Source of the DNA: a virus
Lineage: Duplodnaviria > Caudoviricetes
Virus record (IMG/VR): IMGVR_UViG_3300039068_000052
Span: 1 to 33,780 of that record
DNA length: 33,780 nt
Direction: 5' to 3' (one strand)
The notes below the pieces were generated by a model. That model was not told where the DNA came from and ran no database searches. It saw only the letters and a list, made by a program, of their open reading frames with translations. Shown piece after piece: positions 17,063 to 25,231 of the stretch. A program made the translations under genes and the position numbers. Each line of letters starts with the position of its first letter. Position 1 is the first letter of the stretch.

Positions 17063-17814
17063 TCGACGACGGTGAACCCGTCAGTCGTGACCTTGCTGCG
17101 CTGAGCGTCGGGGCTCAGCTTGTTGAACTCGGCGCGCGAGATGGTCTTGGAACCGCCGCTGCCGCCGCCACCTTGAGGCGCGCCACCGCCGGGCGAGACC
17201 GTGCCCTTGAGGATGTGGTCCTTGTAGGGGTCCGCCGAGATGAGGATTTCCAGCGCCTCGTCGAACGAGGCCAGCTCGCCAGGGTTGGCGCGGCTGTAGA
17301 TCTTCTGGCCGTTGGCGTCGTAGCCGACGAGCCGGTTGTCTTCTTCCTTGAAGGACGAGCCGTAGGTCTTCTGCAGGAACGGAACCGGGATCGCGATCTT
17401 GTCGGCGACGAACTTGGAACTGGTAAAGGCGTATTCGCGGCGCAGATCGGACGTCTCGCCCGTCTTGGCGCTCAGCTTGCCCGTCAGCTCGTCGATCTGA
17501 GCCTGGAAGCCCTTGGAGATTTCAGCCTTGACCTTCTCGACCTCGCCCGCGTCGATCAGCTTCTTGGCGTCGATGTTGCCGAGCTTGTCGATCGCCTCGC
17601 GCGCGGCGGCAGGGTCCAGGCCTTCGAAGACCTTGAGGGCGGCTTCGGCCTTTTCCTTGGCCTGGCGGTGGCCTTGGGCCTCGCCGTTCAGTTGGCTGAT
17701 CTTGGCGACAGCGCCGGGAGCGTCGAAGGGGACCTCCTTGCCATCGTCGTGGACATAGACGGGCTTGCCGTCCTGAACGACGACGTTGCCGTTCTCGTCA
17801 GTCTTGAGCTTCAT
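17059..17814 (-). CDS. Capsid scaffolding protein (DUF6651-type)
   Basis: MKLKTDENG...GKPVYVHDDGKEVPFD, YSRANPGELASFDEALEILI motifs; between minor head and coat genes. Confidence 0.85.
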   Translation of the reverse strand: MKLKTDENGNVVVQDGKPVYVHDDGKEVPFDAPGAVAKISQLNGEAQGHRQAKEKAEAALKVFEGLDPAAAREAIDKLGNIDAKKLIDAGEVEKVKAEISKGFQAQIDELTGKLSAKTGETSDLRREYAFTSSKFVADKIAIPVPFLQKTYGSSFKEEDNRLVGYDANGQKIYSRANPGELASFDEALEILISADPYKDHILKGTVSPGGGAPQGGGGSGGSKTISRAEFNKLSPDAQRSKVTTDGFTVVD

Positions 17815-17823
17815 GGGTACCTC

Positions 17824-17877
17824 TGGGCTTCCGCCCGGCTGGTGGGCTTCCGCCCGGTGCGCCCCGCCCTTCCTGGC
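17824..17877 (-). promoter_or_regulatory. Tandem GGA-loop hairpins in the scaffold 5' leader
   Basis: 15-bp direct repeat TGGGCTTCCGCCCGG at 17824-17838 and 17843-17857 (GGGC-GGAA-GCCC on the mRNA), plus GCC-AGGAAG-GGC at 17866-17877. Confidence 0.6.
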
Positions 17878-17885
17878 TGCGGGCC

Positions 17886-17917
17886 AAAAGAAAAGCCGCC
17901 CTGGTGAGGAGCGGCTT
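17886..17917 (-). terminator. Intrinsic terminator after the zinc-finger gene
   Basis: Minus strand AAGCCGC...GCGGCTT followed by TTCTTTT. Confidence 0.65.
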
Positions 17918-17953
17918 GGTCAGCGGCCTTGGGGCCGGTGATGGTGTTTCAGG

Positions 17954-18211
17954 CTACCAGACGACGAATTCGCCGGCCTGCAGGCATGTGACGCAGACGA
18001 GTTGGCGCTGGCCTCCGCTGGGCTTTCGGTCCTTGCGGTAGGTCATGCCCAGGCGGACCTCGATGAACGCGAGGCCCGTGCAGCGGTGACAGCGGACTTG
18101 GTTCGGCGGGCCAGCCTGAGAGCGCAGGCGCTTAAGCACCCGCTCCTTCGGAGTGTCAGGCGCCGGCGCTCCGTCGATGACGACGAACTTCCGATCGGGC
18201 GGCTTGTCCAT
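17954..18211 (-). CDS. Small CxxC...CxxC zinc-ribbon protein (moron-like)
   Basis: CHRC and CVTC pairs; inserted between minor head and scaffold genes. Confidence 0.65.
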   Translation of the reverse strand: MDKPPDRKFVVIDGAPAPDTPKERVLKRLRSQAGPPNQVRCHRCTGLAFIEVRLGMTYRKDRKPSGGQRQLVCVTCLQAGEFVVW

Positions 18212-18220
18212 TCTGAGCCA

Positions 18221-19336
18221 TTATAGCCCAGCCCGCTTGAAGGTCTCCGCATATTTCGCGCGAAGCTGTTCAATCGTCAGATAGGCGCCCCGATCGCTGT
18301 AAAGCTCATCGACCGGTAGCTTGCCGTCGCGGACCAGCGCGGCGCGGGTCACGCCCAGGATCTCCTCTTGCCTGGCGCGCGACTGGCGTTGAAGCCACTT
18401 CGAATAGGTCAGATCGGCCGACACTTGCCCATCCATAGATGCGCGGGTCGAAGGCGCCAGCTCGTCCATGTCGATCCCAAGCTCGCGCCACGACTTCGTC
18501 ACGGGCGCCTGGGTAGAGCGGCAACAGAAGTGCAGGCGGCCGGGTCCTTGAAGCCAGGGGACCTTGTGGCCGATCGGCTTGTGATCCTCTGGGGTGTAGG
18601 TCTTGCCGTCGCGGACCCGACAAAGCTCCGAGGTGCGGCTATCGAGGGTCGAGACCCAGCGCACCGCCTTGATCAGGTCCCCGTTGGCCTCCAGCGCCTT
18701 TTCGCGGGCCATCTCAGCGGTATGCGACAGCGCCGTGCGAACCACGCTCTCGACCTCGCGCCGACTGCGGTCGATCACCCCGTCGCGGTAGCCCTTGGCC
18801 TTGGTCCCCATGACCTTGCGGACGATCTGGTCCGTGGTCTGGCCTTGGACGTAGCCTTGGCGGATGGTCTCGCGCACCTTGGCCGCGCGGGACGCCTCCA
18901 GCGATTTGGTCCAGTCGCGAAGGAGGCCGCCTTGAAAGGGCCTGGCCATCGCGGCGGCGTAAGCCTGCTCTGGCGTGACCCGCTGGAATTGGATCAACGC
19001 CTGGGCGTCGGCCGGGTAAGCCTGTTGCAGCGACGCCACCTGAAACGCGGCCTCGAAGTCGGAAAGGTCGCGCATCTCGCCCTGAAGCGCCGCCTCAACC
19101 TGCATCATCGCCGAGAGGTTCAACTGGCGAACCGAGCCCAGCAATTCCTCTAGGCGCTGGACCGTGAAGCTATCAGCCGGGAGGCGAAGCAGGGCCTCGA
19201 CGATCGCGGCCTGCAGTTCGGAGTCGGTCCTGTTCAGCAGCGCCACGACGCGGCGAACCGCGCCATTGGAAAACCGGTGGAGGTCAATCGCGTGGTCAAC
19301 CGCCTCGTCGATCAGCTTCTCGTTGACGGTGGCCAT
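18221..19336 (-). CDS. Minor head / head morphogenesis protein (SPP1 gp7 / Mu F family)
   Basis: VRTA...WVSTLDSRTSELCRVRDG...PGRLHFCCRS motif. Confidence 0.9.
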   Translation of the reverse strand: MATVNEKLIDEAVDHAIDLHRFSNGAVRRVVALLNRTDSELQAAIVEALLRLPADSFTVQRLEELLGSVRQLNLSAMMQVEAALQGEMRDLSDFEAAFQVASLQQAYPADAQALIQFQRVTPEQAYAAAMARPFQGGLLRDWTKSLEASRAAKVRETIRQGYVQGQTTDQIVRKVMGTKAKGYRDGVIDRSRREVESVVRTALSHTAEMAREKALEANGDLIKAVRWVSTLDSRTSELCRVRDGKTYTPEDHKPIGHKVPWLQGPGRLHFCCRSTQAPVTKSWRELGIDMDELAPSTRASMDGQVSADLTYSKWLQRQSRARQEEILGVTRAALVRDGKLPVDELYSDRGAYLTIEQLRAKYAETFKRAGL

Positions 19337-19339
19337 GGC

Positions 19340-20797
19340 TTACGCCGCCTGGACTTGCGGGTCCTGCTGCGGAGGGGCGGCCGGTTCCGTCATGGTGCCC
19401 AGCGAAGGCCCCTCTTCGGCGATCTTCACCGCCTCAAGCTCCGCTGTGATCTCCGGCGTGAGTTGGCCGCGACGCTTCAGCTCGTTGATCGCCGTCTCAC
19501 GCGAGATCAGGGCGCCTTGCCACCACTCGAAGACAAGAGCGGCCGACGCGCTGTCCAGCGAGCCGGAGCCGAAGTCCTTGAACAGCGTGACGTTGCCGCC
19601 CGTGGGCAGCTTGGCGACCTGGGCCATGATCGCGAGCGCTTGGTCAAGGGCGTCTTCGAACGTCTCGGCCATGCGCTGCAGGTCGCACTTGTTGGCCTCG
19701 GCGTCGTTGTTGCTCTCCGTCGCCGTGCGCGTGCCGGGCTTCTTGACCAGCAGTTCCGCGCCGGCCTGGATCATCTGGCTTTCGAGGGCTTCGAGGGCGC
19801 TCTGACCCGCACCAATCGCCGCGCCGGTGTGCTCGACATACTTGATGTCCGCGCCCTTGGGCAGTTGGACCGCCGACGAGGCCCCGATCGTCAGTTGGAA
19901 GGGGACCGGCTTGCCAGATGCGTCCGTGTTCCCGTTGTCCGCCCCGATCACCGCCAGGACCGGAACCCGGGCGACGTGGAGGATCGTGTCTTGGTCGCTC
20001 TGGCTCTGCCAGTGCTTGACGTTGAGGTAAGCCAGGTCCTCCAGCGGAGGCTCGCCGTCCATGAAGCCCTCGCGAAGGCCATAGATCGGCACGACGCCCA
20101 AGCCGGGGATTTCGCGCGGTCCCTGCTCGTGAAGGGTCCACTCTTCCTTGGCCGTCTCGGAGACCTTGGTCTTGCGGTAGGTCGCCCAGCGGCCCGCCGT
20201 CAGGACGCGGATCTGCTCGACTTCCTTGGCCCCAAACTCGCCATCGGGCTCGGAGACCTTCTCGGAGTAGCGGAACATGGTGATGACGGGGCGTCCGGCC
20301 TGCATCTCGACGCGCCAGCCGCGAAGCTGGTCGTGCTTGATGCGGACCAGGTAGGGGCGAAGGCCGGCGGCGTCCTGTTGCGCCTTGGTCATCACCGCGC
20401 CAGGGGCAACCGAGACGCGGGGCACGTCCACCAGGATCGCGGCCAGGCCGAAGAACGACTCCTCGAACATCTCCGAGGCGAAGGCGTGGAGGTTCACGCC
20501 CTCAAGGTCGATGTCGTCGCACCAATCGCGAAGCTGAGGCGGGACGTTTTCGCTCAACGTGATCGGCTTGGAGAACGGCTTGCCCGCCATGACCCGAACC
20601 GTCCGACGATAGGCCGGGAACAGCGTCGCGGTGTCGATCCGCGCCTTGTGAGCCTTCACGTCCTCATTGGGGAAGCGCGGCATGAGCTTCTCGCCCGCCT
20701 TACGCATCTTGCGCGTGCCGCCCATGAGGGCGCCGAGCATTTCCCAGGTCTCGCGCATTTCCGCCACTTCTGGGCAGTCGTCGGCAACGTTCGACAT
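19340..20797 (-). CDS. Portal protein (DUF4055 type)
   Basis: LMGGTRKMRKAGE.LMPR, PPLEDLAYLNVKHWQSQSDQ motifs; follows terminase. Confidence 0.9.
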   Translation of the reverse strand: MSNVADDCPEVAEMRETWEMLGALMGGTRKMRKAGEKLMPRFPNEDVKAHKARIDTATLFPAYRRTVRVMAGKPFSKPITLSENVPPQLRDWCDDIDLEGVNLHAFASEMFEESFFGLAAILVDVPRVSVAPGAVMTKAQQDAAGLRPYLVRIKHDQLRGWRVEMQAGRPVITMFRYSEKVSEPDGEFGAKEVEQIRVLTAGRWATYRKTKVSETAKEEWTLHEQGPREIPGLGVVPIYGLREGFMDGEPPLEDLAYLNVKHWQSQSDQDTILHVARVPVLAVIGADNGNTDASGKPVPFQLTIGASSAVQLPKGADIKYVEHTGAAIGAGQSALEALESQMIQAGAELLVKKPGTRTATESNNDAEANKCDLQRMAETFEDALDQALAIMAQVAKLPTGGNVTLFKDFGSGSLDSASAALVFEWWQGALISRETAINELKRRGQLTPEITAELEAVKIAEEGPSLGTMTEPAAPPQQDPQVQAA

Positions 20798-20806
20798 CTG
20801 CTCTCC

Positions 20807-22048
20807 CTAGAGACGAAGGGTGGAAACGGCCGATACGCGCTGGGCGACCGGGTAGCGGTAGGCGATGAAGTAGCCCAGAGCGTCGAGAAGGTGGTCGAGG
20901 CCCGCCGTCTTGTCGGGCTCGCCGTTCTTGTCGTAGGCCTGCTTTTCCAGCCCCTCGACGAGGCCGGGACAGCGTTCCCCATTCACCAGAAGCTTGCGCT
21001 CGCCGGCCGAATGAAGCGCCTGTTGCACCGACAGGACCCGATCCTTGACCGCAGGGTTCGACGGGTTGTTCAGGACCGTGAAGCCCGCCGCCTCCAGCAA
21101 GGAGATGTCCGACAGCGAGGCGTTGTTGCTTTTGCGATTGCCGCCCGAGGCGTCGGGATAGACAAAGATCGAATGGCCAGGGTAGCGCGCCTTGATAGCG
21201 GCGATCATGGCTGGCGTGTCCAAGAGCTTCGACAGCTCCGCGACCGCCCGGGGCTTCCAATCCCTCACGACGCAGACAACCGCCGCCATCTGGCCAACGT
21301 TGAAGTCCATGCCGATGTGCAGCGCGTCGTCGGGCTTCACCATGTCGCTGGTCGCGTTCAGCGCCCGGTCAAACTCGGTGTAGACGCTTCCCGAGGTCAG
21401 GTTGACGAACTCGCCGTCGAGATAGGCGGCCAGGAGGTTGGTCGGGTAGCTGGCCTGCAAGCTCTCGATGTAGCCGACCGGAAGGTGTTTTGCGTTGCTC
21501 TGGGTCGTGGCCTTGATCAGCCGATAGCCTGGCGCCGCGTTCTTCTTCCACCGATCGTACACGAAACGGAAGCCTTCGGGCGTCGTCACCACGCCAACCG
21601 TGTTCAGCGAACCGTCAGGCTTCTTTTGCCGGTTGCGGCCGATGATCTTGTTCCAGACCTCGCGCGCCTTCTCGGTCGGCAGCGTGTCCAGCTCGTCGGC
21701 GATGCTGTCGGCAACCTCATACGCGACGATGCGCGCCGGGTTGTCCATCGTGCGAAAGATGATCTGCCCGCATCGCTCAATCTCGATCAGAGCCTCGTTC
21801 TTGTTGGTCTTGAACGGGAGCCTGACGTTCTCCAGCGTCTCCTCAAAGCGAGGGATGCCGGTTCGCGCGACAAGGTCATAGGTCGGCAGGTAGTACGCGA
21901 CGTTCTGCTTCGGGTAGGCCAGCTTCTTGGTCAGAAGGCGCCAGATCCCGGCGTGCGTCTTCCCAGCGCCAAAGCCCGCGATGAGGGCCGGGAACTGCTC
22001 GCCAGCCTCGACAAAGTCGAACTGCGGCCCGCTTAGCTCAACCCTCAT
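20807..22048 (-). CDS. terL: Terminase large subunit
   Basis: Walker A AGFGAGKT, Walker B SIADE, TTPEG coupling motif, nuclease IGMDFN and DHLLDALGY. Confidence 0.95.
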   Translation of the reverse strand: MRVELSGPQFDFVEAGEQFPALIAGFGAGKTHAGIWRLLTKKLAYPKQNVAYYLPTYDLVARTGIPRFEETLENVRLPFKTNKNEALIEIERCGQIIFRTMDNPARIVAYEVADSIADELDTLPTEKAREVWNKIIGRNRQKKPDGSLNTVGVVTTPEGFRFVYDRWKKNAAPGYRLIKATTQSNAKHLPVGYIESLQASYPTNLLAAYLDGEFVNLTSGSVYTEFDRALNATSDMVKPDDALHIGMDFNVGQMAAVVCVVRDWKPRAVAELSKLLDTPAMIAAIKARYPGHSIFVYPDASGGNRKSNNASLSDISLLEAAGFTVLNNPSNPAVKDRVLSVQQALHSAGERKLLVNGERCPGLVEGLEKQAYDKNGEPDKTAGLDHLLDALGYFIAYRYPVAQRVSAVSTLRL

Positions 22049-22307
22049 CCCGAACGATCTGGATTACAGGCGGCGTGAACGAGATGTTAGCGTCCAGGTC
22101 CACGCCCTGCTTCGCCTTGCCAAAGCCACGGTCGAACAGCTCTTTGATCGCGGCGACACGGGCGGCTTCGCTTTCGGCGCCAGTCGCGAGCCGTGCAAGC
22201 TCCTTCATGGCGTCTTCGGCGTGCTTCATGGCCAAAGCCTTGATGTCGGCCGTGGCCTTGTTGGGCGTACCCTTCTGCCGGCCGCCGGTTTTCCGGCCTG
22301 CGGCCAT
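22038..22307 (-). CDS. Terminase small subunit (putative)
   Basis: KTGGRQKGTPNK and ELFDRGFGK motifs; overlaps terL start. Confidence 0.75.
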   Translation of the reverse strand: MAAGRKTGGRQKGTPNKATADIKALAMKHAEDAMKELARLATGAESEAARVAAIKELFDRGFGKAKQGVDLDANISFTPPVIQIVRDEG

Positions 22308-22407
22308 GACGAACCTCGTCTGTTTCTGTCTAGTTTAGAACCACTCTCACCTCCCCCGCTCTGGCCTTCGCCGTAGCTCCGAACACATGCGGGGTGGGTG
22401 GGGTTGG

Positions 22408-22674
22408 TTACTCCGCCGCTTCCGTGAGCGCGTGGCCCAGGACAACGGACGCGATGGCGATTTGGCCAGCGGCGCGACCCTCGCAGGCTTCTCGCACCAG
22501 CCAGGACGGCAGGACGTTTGCCTCAGCGTCACTCAGCACGAACACGAGGCTTTGCGGGGCATGGCCGAACTTCTCGACAAACCCCTCGATGTTGGCGGCG
22601 AGGACCCGCTGAAACTCAGCGCTCGCATCTGCATCGACAGCCTTGCCGCCAAGGCGAACCACGTTCCCGTCCAT
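22408..22674 (-). CDS. Hypothetical protein
   Basis: AAGGAGG RBS; abuts upstream stop. Confidence 0.6.
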   Translation of the reverse strand: MDGNVVRLGGKAVDADASAEFQRVLAANIEGFVEKFGHAPQSLVFVLSDAEANVLPSWLVREACEGRAAGQIAIASVVLGHALTEAAE

Positions 22675-23118
22675 CTACCGCGCCTCCTTGGTCTTGACGC
22701 GCTTGGCGTTGCGGGCCTTCAGCTCGTCGGGCGCGCAGAGGTCTAGCCAGGCCTGATAGAGGCTCTGGAAGATCGACTGCATAGCGTAGGCCTCGAACTC
22801 TTTGGACGGCTCGTCTTCGGCCATGTTCTTTCGGACGGCCTGCCAGACGTGGGTCGCTTCATGGCAGAGAAGGCCGGCGATCTCGACGCGGGTCACTTCC
22901 CGGCGGCCGACGTTGAGCGTCACGATGAGCGACAGGCCCTCAGACTTGTCGTCGAAGCTGGTCACGCATCCGGCGTGCTTGGGATAGGGGCAATCCTTGA
23001 CGCCCATCCGCTTCATTTCGCGGCGCCAGGCCTTGGCCGATGGGCAGAAGCCGATATGGGCCGGTTGCCAGCCTCGGTCTATCCATCGGACGTGGTCGGC
23101 GTCGCTGGAGCGCTTCAC
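22675..23118 (-). CDS. Hypothetical protein with HExxH motif (metallopeptidase-like)
   Basis: LLCHEATHVW followed by EFEAY; GTG start overlapping upstream stop. Confidence 0.7.
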   Translation of the reverse strand: MKRSSDADHVRWIDRGWQPAHIGFCPSAKAWRREMKRMGVKDCPYPKHAGCVTSFDDKSEGLSLIVTLNVGRREVTRVEIAGLLCHEATHVWQAVRKNMAEDEPSKEFEAYAMQSIFQSLYQAWLDLCAPDELKARNAKRVKTKEAR

Positions 23119-23228
23119 AGAACCCCCAGGGCTCGCTTGGTCGCGGCGATCGCCACGGCGCCAACGATGCAGCAGATGGCCATGAGGATCAGGAAGCCGA
23201 CGAGGACGCAGATGGCGAGGGCCTTCAT
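23115..23228 (-). CDS. 37-aa single-TM peptide
   Basis: Hand translation MKALAICVLVGFLILMAICCIVGAVAIAATKRALGVL*; coupled to both neighbours; not in ORF track. Confidence 0.55.
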   Translation of the reverse strand: MKALAICVLVGFLILMAICCIVGAVAIAATKRALGVL

Positions 23229-23229
23229 C

Positions 23230-23319
23230 TCAGCGGAGGCCGGCGAGGTGGTTCAGCATCATGAGCGCCGCCACGATGGTGACGACGGATGCGATATGGA
23301 CCGGAGAGCGCTTGAACAT
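23230..23319 (-). CDS. 29-aa hydrophobic peptide
   Basis: Hand translation MFKRSPVHIASVVTIVAALMMLNHLAGLR*; AGGAG RBS; not in ORF track. Confidence 0.55.
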   Translation of the reverse strand: MFKRSPVHIASVVTIVAALMMLNHLAGLR

Positions 23320-23610
23320 GCCGTTCTCCTATGGGTTCGCGTCCCGGCCCGCCCTTGGTCAAGGCCTCGCTATGAGATGTGACGGCGGACGCGATGGGGT
23401 TGCCGTTGGTCCCGGGGCTTATTGGGCAACCGGGCGGGCCAGGGCTGGTTCGCCCTGACAAAGCGCAATCACTCCCGGCGAGTGTTCGAAGTCGTCCGGG
23501 GTAAGAGGCGCAGACGGCGATGGGTTTCCCCGCCCCTGTGATCACTGAGGGGGCTCGTCTCACCGGAACACTTGAGATGAGCGGGGAAGCGGGGGTTGGC
23601 CAGGGGCCAG

Positions 23611-23705
23611 AAACTCGAAAGCCCCGAACGTTTCCGCCGGGGCCTTGGCGCTAAGCGCCGATCATTCATTTCGCTAGCTTTTGCGCTGTTCGCGATATTC
23701 GTCAA
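23611..23705 (-). promoter_or_regulatory. Candidate late promoter followed by early terminator (lambda pR'/tR'-like arrangement)
   Basis: TTGACG at 23705-23700 with a weak -10; then hairpin GCCCCG...CGGGGC with TTTCGAGTTTCT at 23643-23609. Confidence 0.5.
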
Positions 23706-23745
23706 GGGGTGGTGCGCGACCAGATCGCCGCACACCACATCTTAC

Positions 23746-24567
23746 CTACGTAACCGGTACGCTCTTGCGGCGCACCTTGACCACCTCCAATACGGGCTCG
23801 CCGGTCGGGCTGACGTACTGGATAGTCTCTCGCACCTTAGGGCCTGGAATGGGTGTGATCTCTCCATCCCGCACGGGCGCCGGCTCGATCGTGTCGACTC
23901 GGAGAGCCGCGCGGACCTGCTCACACGCCTGGACGAGGAGGTCATAGCGCTCGTTCCACCTCTCGTCGCGGCAGCGCTCCAACTTAACTTTCTCTTCGTG
24001 GGTAGGCTCGCGCTTTTCGGCCTTGATCCGGCGCTCAATCGATCGGGCCGCGACGCGCTGGTTGATCCATTGCGGCCAGTCCTGACCCACCGTGACTGCA
24101 TACAGTTCGCGGCGTGCGACAGGATCGAGGCCGTCGTTGATCTTTTTCCAAAGCCTCATCGCCCGTTCGTTGTCATCGTCGGTCGCAGGGCCGCCGCGCG
24201 AAAGCGCCGAGTCCCAGACCTTGGCCACCTCGGACGCCGGCATGTCGCGGAACTCAATGCCGCGCGCGTCGACGGCGCTGGATGGCGTCGAAAGGTCCAT
24301 GGCGCGTGGAAGGCCGGGGCCGGCCTTTGAGACCTGAATGGCTAGCCCCTCGAACAAGCACGCCGCGCGATGGTGCTCGGGCTTAAGCCAGCCATTCGCC
24401 AAGGCCGCGTCGATGGGGCAGCTCGCCTTGGTGATGTCTTCGCAGATTTCAGCGCGGCGGCGCAGGACGATCTTGTTCTTGACGGCCGGTGGCTTCAGGC
24501 GACCGTTTGGGTACCGGGCGCCATCCTTGCGCGGACGACCACGACGGGATTTCTTGTGCTTACTCAT
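23746..24567 (-). CDS. Putative late-gene regulator (Q-position protein) with N-terminal AT-hook-like motif
   Basis: Start MSKHKKSRRGRPRK...RYPNGRL at ATG 24567 (ATGA overlap); last early gene before the candidate late promoter. Function is inferred from position only. Confidence 0.55.
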   Translation of the reverse strand: MSKHKKSRRGRPRKDGARYPNGRLKPPAVKNKIVLRRRAEICEDITKASCPIDAALANGWLKPEHHRAACLFEGLAIQVSKAGPGLPRAMDLSTPSSAVDARGIEFRDMPASEVAKVWDSALSRGGPATDDDNERAMRLWKKINDGLDPVARRELYAVTVGQDWPQWINQRVAARSIERRIKAEKREPTHEEKVKLERCRDERWNERYDLLVQACEQVRAALRVDTIEPAPVRDGEITPIPGPKVRETIQYVSPTGEPVLEVVKVRRKSVPVT

Positions 24568-24953
24568 GCGGAGGCCTCGGCTAGGTCTGAAAGCATCTGG
24601 AAACGGTGCGCGGCGGGGGCGGTCGGCGCGCGGTAGGCTATGCGGCGCTCGCCCCGGCAAGAGGGCGGGACCTTGGAGGGGTGAAGCTCCTCGAAGCGGC
24701 GCAGGCCGTAATGGATGGTGGTGTGGTCCAGGCCGCCGAACCAGTTCCCGATCTGCTTAAGGCTCGGCTTTACACCCGATGCCTGCGCCTCGTTGCGGAT
24801 GCGGTAGAAGGCTTCGAACCGCACGTGGGAGACCCGGTGGGTGTGGTTCTCGGTGCAAAGCAGTTCCAAGACGCCGACCTTGTGGAACTCCGACACCTCG
24901 CGGATGATGCTGGCGATGCGCGGGGGGATATCGCGGATGCTGGGGGCGCTCAT
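24564..24953 (-). CDS. Stand-alone DnaA C-terminal (domain IV) HTH protein, copy 1
   Basis: IIREVSE...VSHVRFEAFYRIR...SLKQIGNWFGGLDHTTIHYG matches the DnaA domain IV signature. Confidence 0.85.
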   Translation of the reverse strand: MSAPSIRDIPPRIASIIREVSEFHKVGVLELLCTENHTHRVSHVRFEAFYRIRNEAQASGVKPSLKQIGNWFGGLDHTTIHYGLRRFEELHPSKVPPSCRGERRIAYRAPTAPAAHRFQMLSDLAEASA

Positions 24954-25231
24954 GCCGTCACCGCCTGGGCTTGCTTGGCCCTGAACGCAGCCAGGCGCTC
25001 GGAAAGCTCATCGTCACGGTCACGACCGGCGTTCGACGTGCGCGGCGCCATGTCCTCCAGTTCAGCCATCCGGCGGCAAAGCAGGGGCCAGGTTGCGAAG
25101 GCGTCCGTCATGCAGGCTAGGGCCTGGGCTTGGTCAGCCCTTGGCGTGGTGGCCTTCAAGAGGCTTGCGGCCATGTTTTGCGCCAAGAAGGCGCACGTCG
25201 TAGCGGCGTCGCGGATCTGGTCGGCGCTCAT
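24950..25231 (-). CDS. Hypothetical protein
   Basis: ATG 25231 and stop both in ATGA overlaps with neighbours. Confidence 0.6.
   Translation of the reverse strand: MSADQIRDAATTCAFLAQNMAASLLKATTPRADQAQALACMTDAFATWPLLCRRMAELEDMAPRTSNAGRDRDDELSERLAAFRAKQAQAVTA

Noticed and set aside
17824-17857. CRISPR-like or iteron repeat
   Set aside because: Only two 15-bp copies 4 nt apart; better explained as RNA hairpins; no cas genes or array seen in the window
19277-22036. 919-aa + strand ORF (and similar long + ORFs at 6272, 7603, 9004, 11574, 14128, 15213, 17044)
   Set aside because: Exact antisense shadows of well-supported portal, terminase, tail and capsid genes
23465-23545. tRNA suggested by GTTCGAA
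   Set aside because: No 5-bp T stem, cloverleaf or acceptor stem could be built on either strand by eye
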